Origin: Spirochaetia bacterium | Lineage (GTDB): Bacteria; Spirochaetota; Spirochaetia; CADAEX01 | NCBI GenBank assembly: GCA_963662265.2 | Contig: CAXXHA010000003.1 | Location: forward strand, 32,001-96,000 | Direction of reading: 5' to 3' | DNA: 64,000 nucleotides | Shown here: piece by piece, positions 11,274-20,979 of the stretch | Layout: each line of letters begins with the position of its first letter | Position numbering within the stretch: the stretch's first letter is position 1 | Notes under the pieces: generated by a model | Seen by the model: only the letters and a program-made list of their open reading frames with translations | Databases searched by the model: none | Told to the model about the DNA's origin: nothing | Translations under genes and position numbers: made by a program

Positions 11274-11708
11274 GTAGCTGTCTCTGACGGAAGGTTTTAT
11301 TATTCTGATGATCATATGACCAGCAGAATGAAATGCTGTCCCGGAAATCTTCAGTATTTCCGCGATACGGAATACCCTGCAGTATTTATCTCCATGCCCG
11401 GACTGGAGTCCGGATACGGGAAGTCAATACACTGCGGTAGCGGCATTCCATAACTGACTGAAGGAGTAAGAGAGATTCTTCAGTGCGTATTTTGAATCAA
11501 AATACTGCTTCTGAAATTATTCAGCCTGTGTATCCGGCTGATACTCTTCCTTACACTTCTTTATCAGCAAACAAACCACTTCCTCAGAATTCCATTCGGG
11601 ACTTTAATCAGTCACTGAAATCTGTTTATGCGTGCTGTTGTGTTAACGTTGTCTGACAGGTTTTCATTATTCTGAAAAGTTACCGGAAATTAAAAGGAGT
11701 TTTGTCTT

Positions 11709-11963
11709 ATGGAGGAAAAGCGGTACGGTTTTGCAGGTATTTTTGTTGAGAAAGGGGAAGGTAATGTCAAAAAAATACAGGATATCCTGTCGGATTATTC
11801 AACCTGTATTCTCGGTAGAATGGGGCTTCCCCATATAGGAGATGACAACCTTTCCATAATCACACTGATACTGCATGCAACAACCGATCAGATCGGTTCT
11901 CTGACAGGAAAGCTGGGTAATATACCCGGCGTTACAGTAAAATCCGGAATCAGTAAAAAATAA
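11709..11963 (+). CDS. TM1266-family iron-only hydrogenase system regulator (ACT-like)
   Basis: ILGRMGLP...LTGKLGNIPGVTVKS signature; AAGGAG RBS; lies upstream of hydG. Confidence 0.9.
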   Translation: MEEKRYGFAGIFVEKGEGNVKKIQDILSDYSTCILGRMGLPHIGDDNLSIITLILHATTDQIGSLTGKLGNIPGVTVKSGISKK

Positions 11964-12288
11964 CAGAAATCATGTCTCAGTAGCAAAGCAGCTTCTCTGC
12001 TGAAGTGTGAATAACTGCATATAACTTCAGTTGTTCTGATTGGGACTTAACCGGATTAATCAACATTACTGTCTTGCGGATAAATCATGGAAACAAAAAT
12101 GCAATTATTTTCTGTTAATTCAACTGCCCTGAATTAATAAAGGGTTTTTACCTGTTTTAATGACATCCAGTTTTAAACAGCAGAAATGAAAATGCAGAAT
12201 CATAAAATTACCGCTCAAGACAGGTGCATGGAATCCATGCAGAAATTTGAAAGTCTGTCAGGAGAACAGGCTATACAAGGAGTGAAGA

Positions 12289-13758
12289 ATGAAACCAGCA
12301 GCAGGCCCCTGGGCTAAAAATGTAATCAAACAGGATGAAGTTGATAAATATCTCATTGATGGAAAAGATTTTATTGATGACAAGCTGATAAATAAGCAGA
12401 TTGAGGAAAATAAAAATCCCGGTAAATCAAGAATAAAGGATATTCTTGCAAAGTCATATGATCTTCAGACCCTTGCCCCTGAAGAAACAGCTGCTCTTCT
12501 CGATGTAACTGACCCTGAAATACTGTCTGAAATGTATGAAACAGGGCTTAAGGTAAAACAGAAAGTTTACGGTACCCGTATTGTTACTTTTGCCCCCCTG
12601 TACTGTTCAAACCACTGTGTAAACAACTGTCTATACTGCGGATTCAGATCTGAGAATACAAAAGAGAGGCGGAGGAAGCTTTCACTCGATGAGATTACCA
12701 AAGAAGCTGAAGCTCTGGAAAATATCGGGCACAAACGGCTTATCATGGTTTACGGTGAGCATCCTGAATCTGATGCTGATTATATCGTTGATACTGTGAA
12801 ATCTGTTTATGACACAAGAGTGGGTAATGGTGAGATCAGAAGGGTAAATATCAATGCAGCACCGATGGAAATTGAAAAGCTTAAAAAACTTCATGAAGTC
12901 GGAATCGGTACATTCCAGGTCTTTCAGGAAACATATTCCCATGACCGTTATTCACAGGTCCATCCTGCCGGAATAAAGAGCAACTACAGATGGAGACTCT
13001 ATGCTCTTCACAGGGCAATGGAGGCTGGTATTGATGATGTAGGTATGGGTGCTCTTTTCGGTCTTTACGACTGGAAATTTGAGGTTATGTCTCTCCTGTA
13101 TCATACACTGGATCTTGAAAAACAGTTCGGCGGAATCGGGCCCCATACAATTTCATTTCCCCGCATCGAAATGGCTTCAGGGCTTTCTCTTCCTGATGCG
13201 CAAAAATACAAAGTTGAAGATGATGAATTTAAAAGGCTTGTTACAGTGCTCAGGTTAAGTGTACCTTATACAGGAATGATTGTGACAGCAAGGGAAAAAC
13301 CCGAGATAAGGAAAGAGGTTTTCAATGTGGGATGTACACAGGGGGATGCTTCTTCAAGGATAGGTATCGGAGCCTATCATGAGGAGGAAACCGGGGAAAA
13401 TCAAGATCTTGAAAAACAGCAGTTCGAGCTCGGGGATACAAGAGATCTTGATGAACTTGTTGCAGATCTTGCTGATCAGGGTTATCTGACATCATTCTGT
13501 ACCGCTGGATACCGCTGCGGCAGGACAGGCGACTCTTTTATGGATGTTGCAAAATGCGGCAAGGTCCATGCATTCTGTATGCCTAATGCTGTTCTTACAT
13601 TCAAGGAATATCTTCTTGATTATGCAGGGGAAAATACTCTTGAAAAAGGCAATAAACTGCTTGAAAGTGAATTTGAAAAACTGAATGAAAATATAAAGCC
13701 GAAAATAAGGGAATACCTGGGCAGGATTGAAAAAGGGGAGAGAGACCTCAGGGTCTGA
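12289..13758 (+). CDS. hydG: [FeFe] hydrogenase H-cluster radical SAM maturase HydG
   Basis: FAPLY..N.C.NNCLYC radical SAM motif, FQETY, GPHTISFPR, C-terminal CX5CX19C (CTAGYRC...FC), GERDL end. Confidence 0.95.
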   Translation: MKPAAGPWAKNVIKQDEVDKYLIDGKDFIDDKLINKQIEENKNPGKSRIKDILAKSYDLQTLAPEETAALLDVTDPEILSEMYETGLKVKQKVYGTRIVTFAPLYCSNHCVNNCLYCGFRSENTKERRRKLSLDEITKEAEALENIGHKRLIMVYGEHPESDADYIVDTVKSVYDTRVGNGEIRRVNINAAPMEIEKLKKLHEVGIGTFQVFQETYSHDRYSQVHPAGIKSNYRWRLYALHRAMEAGIDDVGMGALFGLYDWKFEVMSLLYHTLDLEKQFGGIGPHTISFPRIEMASGLSLPDAQKYKVEDDEFKRLVTVLRLSVPYTGMIVTAREKPEIRKEVFNVGCTQGDASSRIGIGAYHEEETGENQDLEKQQFELGDTRDLDELVADLADQGYLTSFCTAGYRCGRTGDSFMDVAKCGKVHAFCMPNAVLTFKEYLLDYAGENTLEKGNKLLESEFEKLNENIKPKIREYLGRIEKGERDLRV

Positions 13759-13770
13759 GGTAGGTGTCTT

Positions 13771-14040
13771 GTGAATAGTTTTAAAGAGATTACCGGCAGT
13801 ATCCTTGAAAAGAAATCAGAATCCTGCGGTTGCTATCTGTGGCTTGTTGAAGTCATTGGAAAAAGATTTTCCTTTGTCTGCGGCAGAAATCCGGATTATC
13901 CTCTTTTGCAGGAAATAACAGAGATAAGTGTCAGCAGCAGGTACAGGCTTCTTGCCCAGAAGGAGTCCGGCGAATTCAGAGCTGAAGATTTATCTGTATT
14001 AAAGGAAACTGGAGAAATAATTGGAAAACATATACCGTAA
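13771..14040 (+). CDS. Small hypothetical protein between hydG and hydE
   Basis: 89-aa ORF with AGGTG RBS, tightly packed between hydG and hydE and overlapping the hydE start. Confidence 0.7.
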   Translation: MNSFKEITGSILEKKSESCGCYLWLVEVIGKRFSFVCGRNPDYPLLQEITEISVSSRYRLLAQKESGEFRAEDLSVLKETGEIIGKHIP

Positions 14041-15022
14041 TTTTGATTTATCTGAAAAAACTGTAGAACTCCTTAAAGAAGCCAGGAAAATAACAGATTC
14101 TGTTTACGGCAGAGGGATTTATATAAGGGGAATTATTGAATACTCCAATATCTGCCGTAAAAACTGTACATACTGCGGAATAAGGGGTGGCATGCCGGGC
14201 ATTAACAGGTACCGTCTTACCGAAGATGATATGGCTGGTATTGCTGTGAATCACATAAATAACGGTATTAAGACTGTTGTTCTTCAGGGAGGTGAAGATC
14301 CCGGAATTACAACAGAATATCTTTGCAGAGTCATTGAAAAAATCAAGAAATTTGATAGTGAATCTGCAGTTACCCTCTCAATAGGGGAGAAAAGCTATGA
14401 AGAGTATTGTGAACTGAAATCATCCGGAGCAGACCGTTTTCTGATCCGGTTTGAAACTTCAAATGAAAAGCTTTACCAGGACCTCCACCCGGGTGAAACT
14501 TTGAATAAGAGACTTCAGGATATTTACAATATAAAAAAAGCCGGATTCGAACTCGGATCCGGCTTCATGGCCGGACTTCCAGGGGAAGAGGAGGGGGATA
14601 CAGATAGAAATCTTGAGCTGCTCAGGAGCCTTGGCGTTCATATGGTGGGAGTGGGGCCGTTTATTCCTGCTCCGGGAACACCTCTTGAAAATTTTTCTCC
14701 TCCGTCTGTTGACCTTCTTATTTCTATCTATGCCAGGATGCGAATCATGATGCCTGATGTGAATATTGCCGCAACTACAGCAATGGATGCGCTTCAGACC
14801 GGGGTAAGGGCGCTGTCTCTGGAGGCAGGGTCGAATGTTCTTATGCCGAATCTGACACCTCCTGAGATACAGGCAGACTATAACCTTTATACACGCAAAG
14901 ATAAAGTTGACAGGAATCTTTCATCATTTTCATCTGTTGCTGATGAGCTTGAAAAACTCGGGTACAGGGCCCTGTTTAACGAGAGGGGAGATTCCAGGAA
15001 ATTTCTCAAAGAGCATTCATGA
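14021..15022 (+). CDS. hydE: [FeFe] hydrogenase H-cluster radical SAM maturase HydE
   Basis: RGIIEYSNICRKNCTYCG, LQGGED, RFET, GVGPFIP, ATTA, MPNLTP, YNLY. Confidence 0.9.
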   Translation: MENIYRNFDLSEKTVELLKEARKITDSVYGRGIYIRGIIEYSNICRKNCTYCGIRGGMPGINRYRLTEDDMAGIAVNHINNGIKTVVLQGGEDPGITTEYLCRVIEKIKKFDSESAVTLSIGEKSYEEYCELKSSGADRFLIRFETSNEKLYQDLHPGETLNKRLQDIYNIKKAGFELGSGFMAGLPGEEEGDTDRNLELLRSLGVHMVGVGPFIPAPGTPLENFSPPSVDLLISIYARMRIMMPDVNIAATTAMDALQTGVRALSLEAGSNVLMPNLTPPEIQADYNLYTRKDKVDRNLSSFSSVADELEKLGYRALFNERGDSRKFLKEHS

Positions 15023-15113
15023 GTTGAGTCTGTATGAGACTGAAACTAAAATAATAATTTATAAAAAACTCTGCTTTTGCGTGTTTTATCCTTATCCTGA
15101 AACAGCATGATTT

Positions 15114-15150
15114 AAACCGGGCGGATGAGAAAAAATCTTCCGCCTGTTTT
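15114..15150. terminator. Probable bidirectional terminator between hydE and msrC
   Basis: AAACCGGGCGGA...TCCGCCTGTTTT imperfect stem between convergent genes. Confidence 0.55.
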
Positions 15151-15622
15151 AAAAAATACTTTTCCTGAGTGCCTTCCCTGCAATTTCCGCGATTTCTTCA
15201 ACAAATATTCTGTCAGTTTCTCCGAAAGATGAATAGCTGCGGCTGTCAATATCAATGACAGCTATGATTTTTCCGTCACAGAATACTGGAACAACTATCT
15301 CGCTTCTGGATTCTGAATCACATGCAATATGACCCGGAAAAAGATCAACATCCTCAACAATAACTGTTTCTTTTTCTCTGGCAGCTTTTCCGCATACCCC
15401 TTTTTTTATATCAATTGCTGTGCAGGCAGGTTTCCCCTGGAACGGTCCGAGGTAGAGTGTGTTCCCCTCAAGAAGGTAAAAACCTGCCCAGCTTATCTTG
15501 TCAAAACTGCTGAATAGAATTGCAGATATATTTGCCAGAACTGTTACTCCAGGAAGATTTTCTCCTGCGAGTTCTCTTATAGCCTGAATAACTGTTTTAT
15601 AAACTGTTTCATCTGTATTCAT
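15149..15622 (-). CDS. msrC: Free methionine-(R)-sulfoxide reductase (GAF domain)
   Basis: WAGFY, LGPFQGKPAC, GVCG, FPGHIACDS.SRSEIVVP. Confidence 0.92.
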   Translation of the reverse strand: MNTDETVYKTVIQAIRELAGENLPGVTVLANISAILFSSFDKISWAGFYLLEGNTLYLGPFQGKPACTAIDIKKGVCGKAAREKETVIVEDVDLFPGHIACDSESRSEIVVPVFCDGKIIAVIDIDSRSYSSFGETDRIFVEEIAEIAGKALRKSIF

Positions 15623-15829
15623 GATACTTATTTTAGCATATCTGAAGCTGATGTCGAGTTTTCAATAAATGTATTTTTTCATTTTCATGAAGCTTCCATT
15701 GGGGAGGGCAGTTTTCTTATGCCGGTTACCCGGCTCATGGATTCCATGACAGAGCTGCGTATGATTACGGCATGAGAGCGGCTGAATCATCTATTGAGCA
15801 AACTGAATACTAGTTATATATTGGATTTC

Positions 15830-17389
15830 ATGACTTCTGAAAAAGGTGATTTTAAAAAAATATTTCTCCTGGGAATACCACTCTTTGCAGGTAACTTTTC
15901 AAAGTACCTTCTGCAGCTTGCCGATACTGTGATGGTTGGAAGACTCGGTACCATGGAACTTGCTTCAATTGCAATTGCAGGTCTTTACTGCCATGTTCTT
16001 CTCACATTTATCTGGCCCCTTACAAGCGGTGTTCAGGCAATTGCTGCCAGAAGATTCGGTAAACAGAAATTTACCGGGCCGGAAGATGATTTTACAGAAG
16101 AAAATCAGCCTGCAGCTGTATCCGGCAGGGAGGCTGGTAAGCTGCCGGTAAATGCCGCCGATAAGATTGCAGCGGATGATTTTTTCTGTGTCCCTGATTC
16201 TGACGGAGGACGGATTTGTCCGGATAAAGTTTCTTCTGGTAAAACCTTTTCAGTCAGCGTTACAAGGCCTGACGGATTATCTGCAGAAGCTTTTACAGGA
16301 AGGGCTCTTACAGGAGGATTTCTTGCAGGTGCAGGCGCGGGATTTGCCGCCTTTATAATATCATTTGCAAGCAGCTTTATTCTGAATATTCTCATTGATG
16401 AAAAGCAGCTTCTTCCCCTGGCTCTTGATTATACCAACCTCTTCAGATGGGTTTTCCCTATAGCCGGTCTCGGTGTTGTAATTTCAGGATTTCTTGCTGG
16501 AATAAACATGACATTCCAGATCATGGTTGTTACTATTGGAACAAATATTCTCAATATATTCTTTAATTATCTTTTCATCTTCGGGTCATTTGGTTTCCCT
16601 GAAATGGGAGTAAGAGGCGCTGCACTCGGAACTGTTCTTGCTGAAGTTTTCGGAACGCTCTATCTTCTGGCTTATCTTCTTCAGGAGAAAAAACTGCTGC
16701 CTTACAGGATTTTCAATATAAGAAAAATTAATTTTTCGACAGTCAGGGACATTGTAAGGATATCCTCTCCCATAGCTGTCCAGAATATAATAGCTCTGAC
16801 CGTGTTTCTTGTGTATGAATCCTTTATCGGAATGATAGGAACCGCATATCTTGCCGCGACTCACATTATTTTCAGCGTATTCAGGGTGAATAAGACAATA
16901 GTCGGAGGTTTTGCAAGGGCAGGGGGAATTCTTGCCGGTAATTACCTGGGGGCAGATAAAAAGGATAGAGCAATTAGCATAGTGAACTGCTGTGCAGTTA
17001 CAGGACTTGTTATAGGAATTGCTATTGTAGTTGCTGTACTGGTCTTTCCGCAAAGCATAGCCTCTCTTTTTACAACAGATGCGGAAACTGCTTCAATTAC
17101 AGTGAAAGCTCTCCGTTTTTTTGCTCTATTTTTCTTTATTGAAGTTTTTGGCTATACATTCGAGATAATATTTTCAGGGATAGGGTGGGGCAAATATGTG
17201 CTGTTTTCAGAGTTTACCACAAATATGGTTTTCATCCTTTTCATGACATGGATGTGCGTTAAAATTCTCGGTCTCGGTATTTACTGGGGATGGCTCAGCT
17301 TTGCACTTTACCAGGTTTTCCATGCTCTTATCTTGAGTTCCGGGTGGCTTTCAAGGCGGTGGCTCCATGTTGAGGTTGAAACAGGGTAG
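15830..17389 (+). CDS. MATE family efflux transporter with a long loop insertion
   Basis: DTVMVGRLG, NYLFIFGSFGFPEMGVRGAALGT, GNYLGA; about 12 TM segments. Start could alternatively be TTG 15794. Confidence 0.9.
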   Translation: MTSEKGDFKKIFLLGIPLFAGNFSKYLLQLADTVMVGRLGTMELASIAIAGLYCHVLLTFIWPLTSGVQAIAARRFGKQKFTGPEDDFTEENQPAAVSGREAGKLPVNAADKIAADDFFCVPDSDGGRICPDKVSSGKTFSVSVTRPDGLSAEAFTGRALTGGFLAGAGAGFAAFIISFASSFILNILIDEKQLLPLALDYTNLFRWVFPIAGLGVVISGFLAGINMTFQIMVVTIGTNILNIFFNYLFIFGSFGFPEMGVRGAALGTVLAEVFGTLYLLAYLLQEKKLLPYRIFNIRKINFSTVRDIVRISSPIAVQNIIALTVFLVYESFIGMIGTAYLAATHIIFSVFRVNKTIVGGFARAGGILAGNYLGADKKDRAISIVNCCAVTGLVIGIAIVVAVLVFPQSIASLFTTDAETASITVKALRFFALFFFIEVFGYTFEIIFSGIGWGKYVLFSEFTTNMVFILFMTWMCVKILGLGIYWGWLSFALYQVFHALILSSGWLSRRWLHVEVETG

Positions 17390-17494
17390 AAAAAATATAT
17401 TGTTTTTCAAGTTCCCCTGCAGGCAGAAATCCAGGGTAGATGTTCGGATTCTGCGGGGGAAAAACAGCAAAAACGGGTTTCCATAAATACAAAT

Positions 17495-17531
17495 GAATGA
17501 AACAGGAATGAAACAGGAATGAAACAGGAAT
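17495..17531 (+). repeat. Tandem repeat (GAATGAAACAG)x3.4
   Basis: Three exact 11-bp copies plus GAAT, upstream of the kinase operon at 17604. Confidence 0.9.
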
Positions 17532-17603
17532 ATTAGTTATTCAGCAATATTCCGGAATAAAAAAATTATGAATAGTCAGAAAAATGTAATATAATTATTT
17601 ACT

Positions 17604-18836
17604 GTGAGAACGGTAAATAATTCACATAATTCTTTATATCACGGAATTCTTTCTCTTGTTATTGAGAAGCTGGATTCCTTTATTATTATAGCGGATGAAG
17701 AAACTAATATCGTTATATGGAACAAGGCAGCTGAAAACTGTTTCTGTATACCGGAAGAATTTGCTGTAGGTAAAAAAGTATTTGATCTTCCTGTCATATG
17801 GGACAGGGATCAGATCCGGGAACAGCTTGAGCAGTCAGGCAGCATAAATGCTGACAGATTATTGAATCTGGAACTGGAAAGACCGGATAACCAGAAAAGA
17901 TGGATCTCTTTCAGGATATATAAAATTAATTCTTCGGAAGATAATAACAGTTCCTATATTTTTCTGGTTGGAAATGATGTTACTGAACAGACAAAAAGCT
18001 TTGAACTTCTTAAAGAGGACAACAAGTTCAAGGCAATCGGAGAACTTTCCGCCGGTATAGCTCATGAAATAAATTCCCCACTGCAGTATATCCATAATAA
18101 TCTCACTTTTATAAGCAGTGTGCTTGAATCCCATATGAATATTGAAGATAAGCTGCTCTCCATTCCGAAATCCCAGGACAGCAGCAGTCTGGAAAAATTT
18201 GTGAAGAACCTGAAAGAGGAAATTGAACTTCAGCAGACAGATGAAATATCATCTGAAGCAAGGGAAGCTATTGATCAGTCTATGGAGGGAGTGAGGCGAA
18301 TTGAAGTAATAGTAAATTCCCTGAAGAACTATGCTCACCCGGAAAAGGATGAACCTGTTGATGTCAATCTTATTTCAGTAGTGCAGGATTCAATTAACTT
18401 ATCGATAAATGAATGGAAATATGTGGCTGATATAGAAACTGATTTTCCTTCTTACCCTGTAATTATAAAAGGTTATCCGACATATTTAAGCCAGGTAATT
18501 GTCAATATTCTTGTAAATGCGGGGCACGCAATCGAGGAGCTCCGTGTAATAAAAGATATTAAGGGCCTGATTAAACTGAATGTAAGTACAGGCGACGGGA
18601 TGGCTGGAATCCGAATTGAAGATAATGGTATAGGCATGAGGGAGGAAGTCAGGAGCAGAATATTCGAGCCGTTTTTTACTACAAAGAGAATTGGAAAAGG
18701 GACAGGCCAGGGGCTTGCAATTGCCTACTCAATTATTGCCAATAAGCACATGGGACAGATAACATGTGAATCCACTGTTGGTGAAGGCTCTGCTTTTTAC
18801 ATAGAGCTGCCGGTTGATATGAATGATGGGAAATAA
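17604..18836 (+). CDS. PAS-domain sensor histidine kinase (NtrB-like, cytoplasmic)
   Basis: PAS WNKAAE; AGIAHEINSPL, NILVNA, DNGIG, FEPFFTTK, GTGQGL. Confidence 0.93.
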   Translation: MRTVNNSHNSLYHGILSLVIEKLDSFIIIADEETNIVIWNKAAENCFCIPEEFAVGKKVFDLPVIWDRDQIREQLEQSGSINADRLLNLELERPDNQKRWISFRIYKINSSEDNNSSYIFLVGNDVTEQTKSFELLKEDNKFKAIGELSAGIAHEINSPLQYIHNNLTFISSVLESHMNIEDKLLSIPKSQDSSSLEKFVKNLKEEIELQQTDEISSEAREAIDQSMEGVRRIEVIVNSLKNYAHPEKDEPVDVNLISVVQDSINLSINEWKYVADIETDFPSYPVIIKGYPTYLSQVIVNILVNAGHAIEELRVIKDIKGLIKLNVSTGDGMAGIRIEDNGIGMREEVRSRIFEPFFTTKRIGKGTGQGLAIAYSIIANKHMGQITCESTVGEGSAFYIELPVDMNDGK

Positions 18837-20080
18837 TATTAACAGTTCACATCCATGGTTGCCCGGAGGAGATTATTACCAGACTGCTCTTGATAATTTT
18901 CCTGATATTGTAATTATCCTTAACTGCAGGCTTGAGCTTGAATATTTAAACAGAATAGGATTGGAAATATATAAAACTGACATTGTCAGATCAGGATTTA
19001 CCATCAAAGAGCTGTTCCCTGATGCTGATGATCTGCCGGAAAAGCTGATGCAGTTGAAATCAGGCAGATTTTTGAGTAATTATGAAATTATAAACAGCCG
19101 CGGCGATGGGAAAAAATACAGTTTTGTTTCCGCCGGAATTTTTAAAGACTGTATTACAGGTGAAGAAAAATATCTTCTTTTTGTCAAAGACATGACATCT
19201 GAAATAAATGAATTTGCCAAACAGATCAAGTCAAATATTGAACTGATAAACAGCAATGAAATGCTTAAGAAAAAATATGCGGATTTAATTATAGAAAACA
19301 GGATGTCTTCGATCGGGCAGCTTGTCGGCCGGTATAGCACATGAAATAAACAATCCTCTCGGATATATAAAAAGTAATTTCAATGTTCTTACAGAAAATA
19401 TTGAAATACTTGAAAAATATATCTCTCTTCTTAAAAGCAGTTCTTTAAATTCTGAAATTACAGAATTTGCTGATAAAAACAATATTCAGGAAATATTTGA
19501 TGATCTTGAGGATATCAGAAAAGAAACAAACCATGGGATTTCAAAAATAAAAACAATAATTGACAGCCTGGGAAGCTTTTCCCATACAAATATTCTTGAG
19601 AAATATGAACAGGTCAATATTAATGATTCTATTGAAAATATGCTTGTTATAACTGAGAATCAATACAAATATGATATTGAAGTGATATACCGTCCGGGAC
19701 AGGTGCAGGACACTTACTGTATGGTCTCAGAGATAAATCAGGCTTTTCTCAATATTTTCATGAATGCTGTGGAAAATACACGTAAAAGCAAGTCAGAGAA
19801 AATAATAATTATTGAAACCTGGATGAGTGATAATATGATTTATATTTCTTTTGAAAATCATGGCGATTCTGTTGATGAAGCAGATCTTGAGAAAGTATTC
19901 AATCCTTTTTTTACTACTAAAAAAACCGGAGAAGGGATGGGGCTTGGTCTTACAATTGTTCAGGATATTATCCGGGACAGGCATCAGGGAAGTATAGTCT
20001 TAACCAATACAGATAACGGTGTATGTGTTAAGGCCTCAATTCCCGTTATTGAATATTCGGAGGATACTTATGGAACATAA
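18823..20080 (+). CDS. PAS-domain sensor histidine kinase (frameshift near 19322)
   Basis: PAS-like N-terminus; SIGQL/SAGIAHEINNPL, NIFMNA, FNPFFTTK, GMGLGL. Confidence 0.88.
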
Positions 20081-20979
20081 CATCTTGTTTGTTGATGATG
20101 AAGTAAATGTTGTAAAAGGAATAAAGAGGCTGTTTCTGCGGACAGATTACAAGGTATTTATTGAAACAGACTGCAGAAAAGCGCTTGAAATAATTAAAGA
20201 AAACAGAATTAGTGTTCTTGTTTCTGACATGAGAATGCCAGAAATGAACGGAGTTAAGTTTATAAAACTTGCCGATGAAATAGATCCCATGGTTGTCAAG
20301 ATAATACTGTCAGGGTATTCAGATATTGATGATATCATGTCTGCCATCAATGAAGGTCATATATACAGCTACATTACAAAACCCTGGCATGATGAAGGTC
20401 TGAAACTGCTTATATCCAATTCCTGTGATTATTATGAAAAAAAAATCAGGGAAAAGGAGCTTATTGCTGAACTGAAGAAAAAACAGAAACAGCTTGTAGA
20501 TATGAATAAAAACCTTGAAAAAATTGTTGAGGAAAGGACAAAGGAGATAGCTGAGACAAATAATATACTGAACCTGATTATCAAAGGTTCTGACAGGGAA
20601 ACAATATATTCCAGTATTGCTGAAAATATCAAGCAAATAAACAGAAGAGGCGCTTCTGTTCTTGTGATGGAAAACAGCAATGCTCAGTACTACGGGGATG
20701 AAAATATCACTGTGGATAAACCGGAAGATATAAAAAAGTCTGAACAGGCTTTTGAATATAAAGATCTGGTTGTTTTTCCGATTACCTATTCAGGAGAACT
20801 TGTAGGAGCCTTCCTTCTGAAAAATGATATGAGTCTTGATATCTCAATAACTGAAAAAACGGATATCATCATTTAAATCTGCCGCCAAGCTGTATATGAC
20901 ACAGCGCTTTCTTCTCAGTGATTCGGGAGGATTTATCAATAATATTGATAAAATGATAGGTGAGTTGTCTGATGAATGA
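20070..20979 (+). CDS. Response regulator (REC + coiled coil + GAF-like tail; frameshift near 20865)
   Basis: FVDDE, SDMRMP, LSGY, KPW; GGAGG RBS before 20070; shifted frame ends in an ATGA overlap with the next gene. Confidence 0.88.

Noticed and set aside
11250-11453. 67-aa ORF in the hyd operon leader
   Set aside because: Its start lies within the predicted promoter, it has no RBS, and the sequence is better explained as structured non-coding DNA.
11280-11708. Known riboswitch (cobalamin, SAM, NiCo, TPP) in the hyd leader
   Set aside because: I could not find the conserved cores of these classes by eye; kept only as an unclassified candidate.
17495-17531. CRISPR-like repeat
   Set aside because: Contiguous 11-bp tandem with no spacers and no cas genes.
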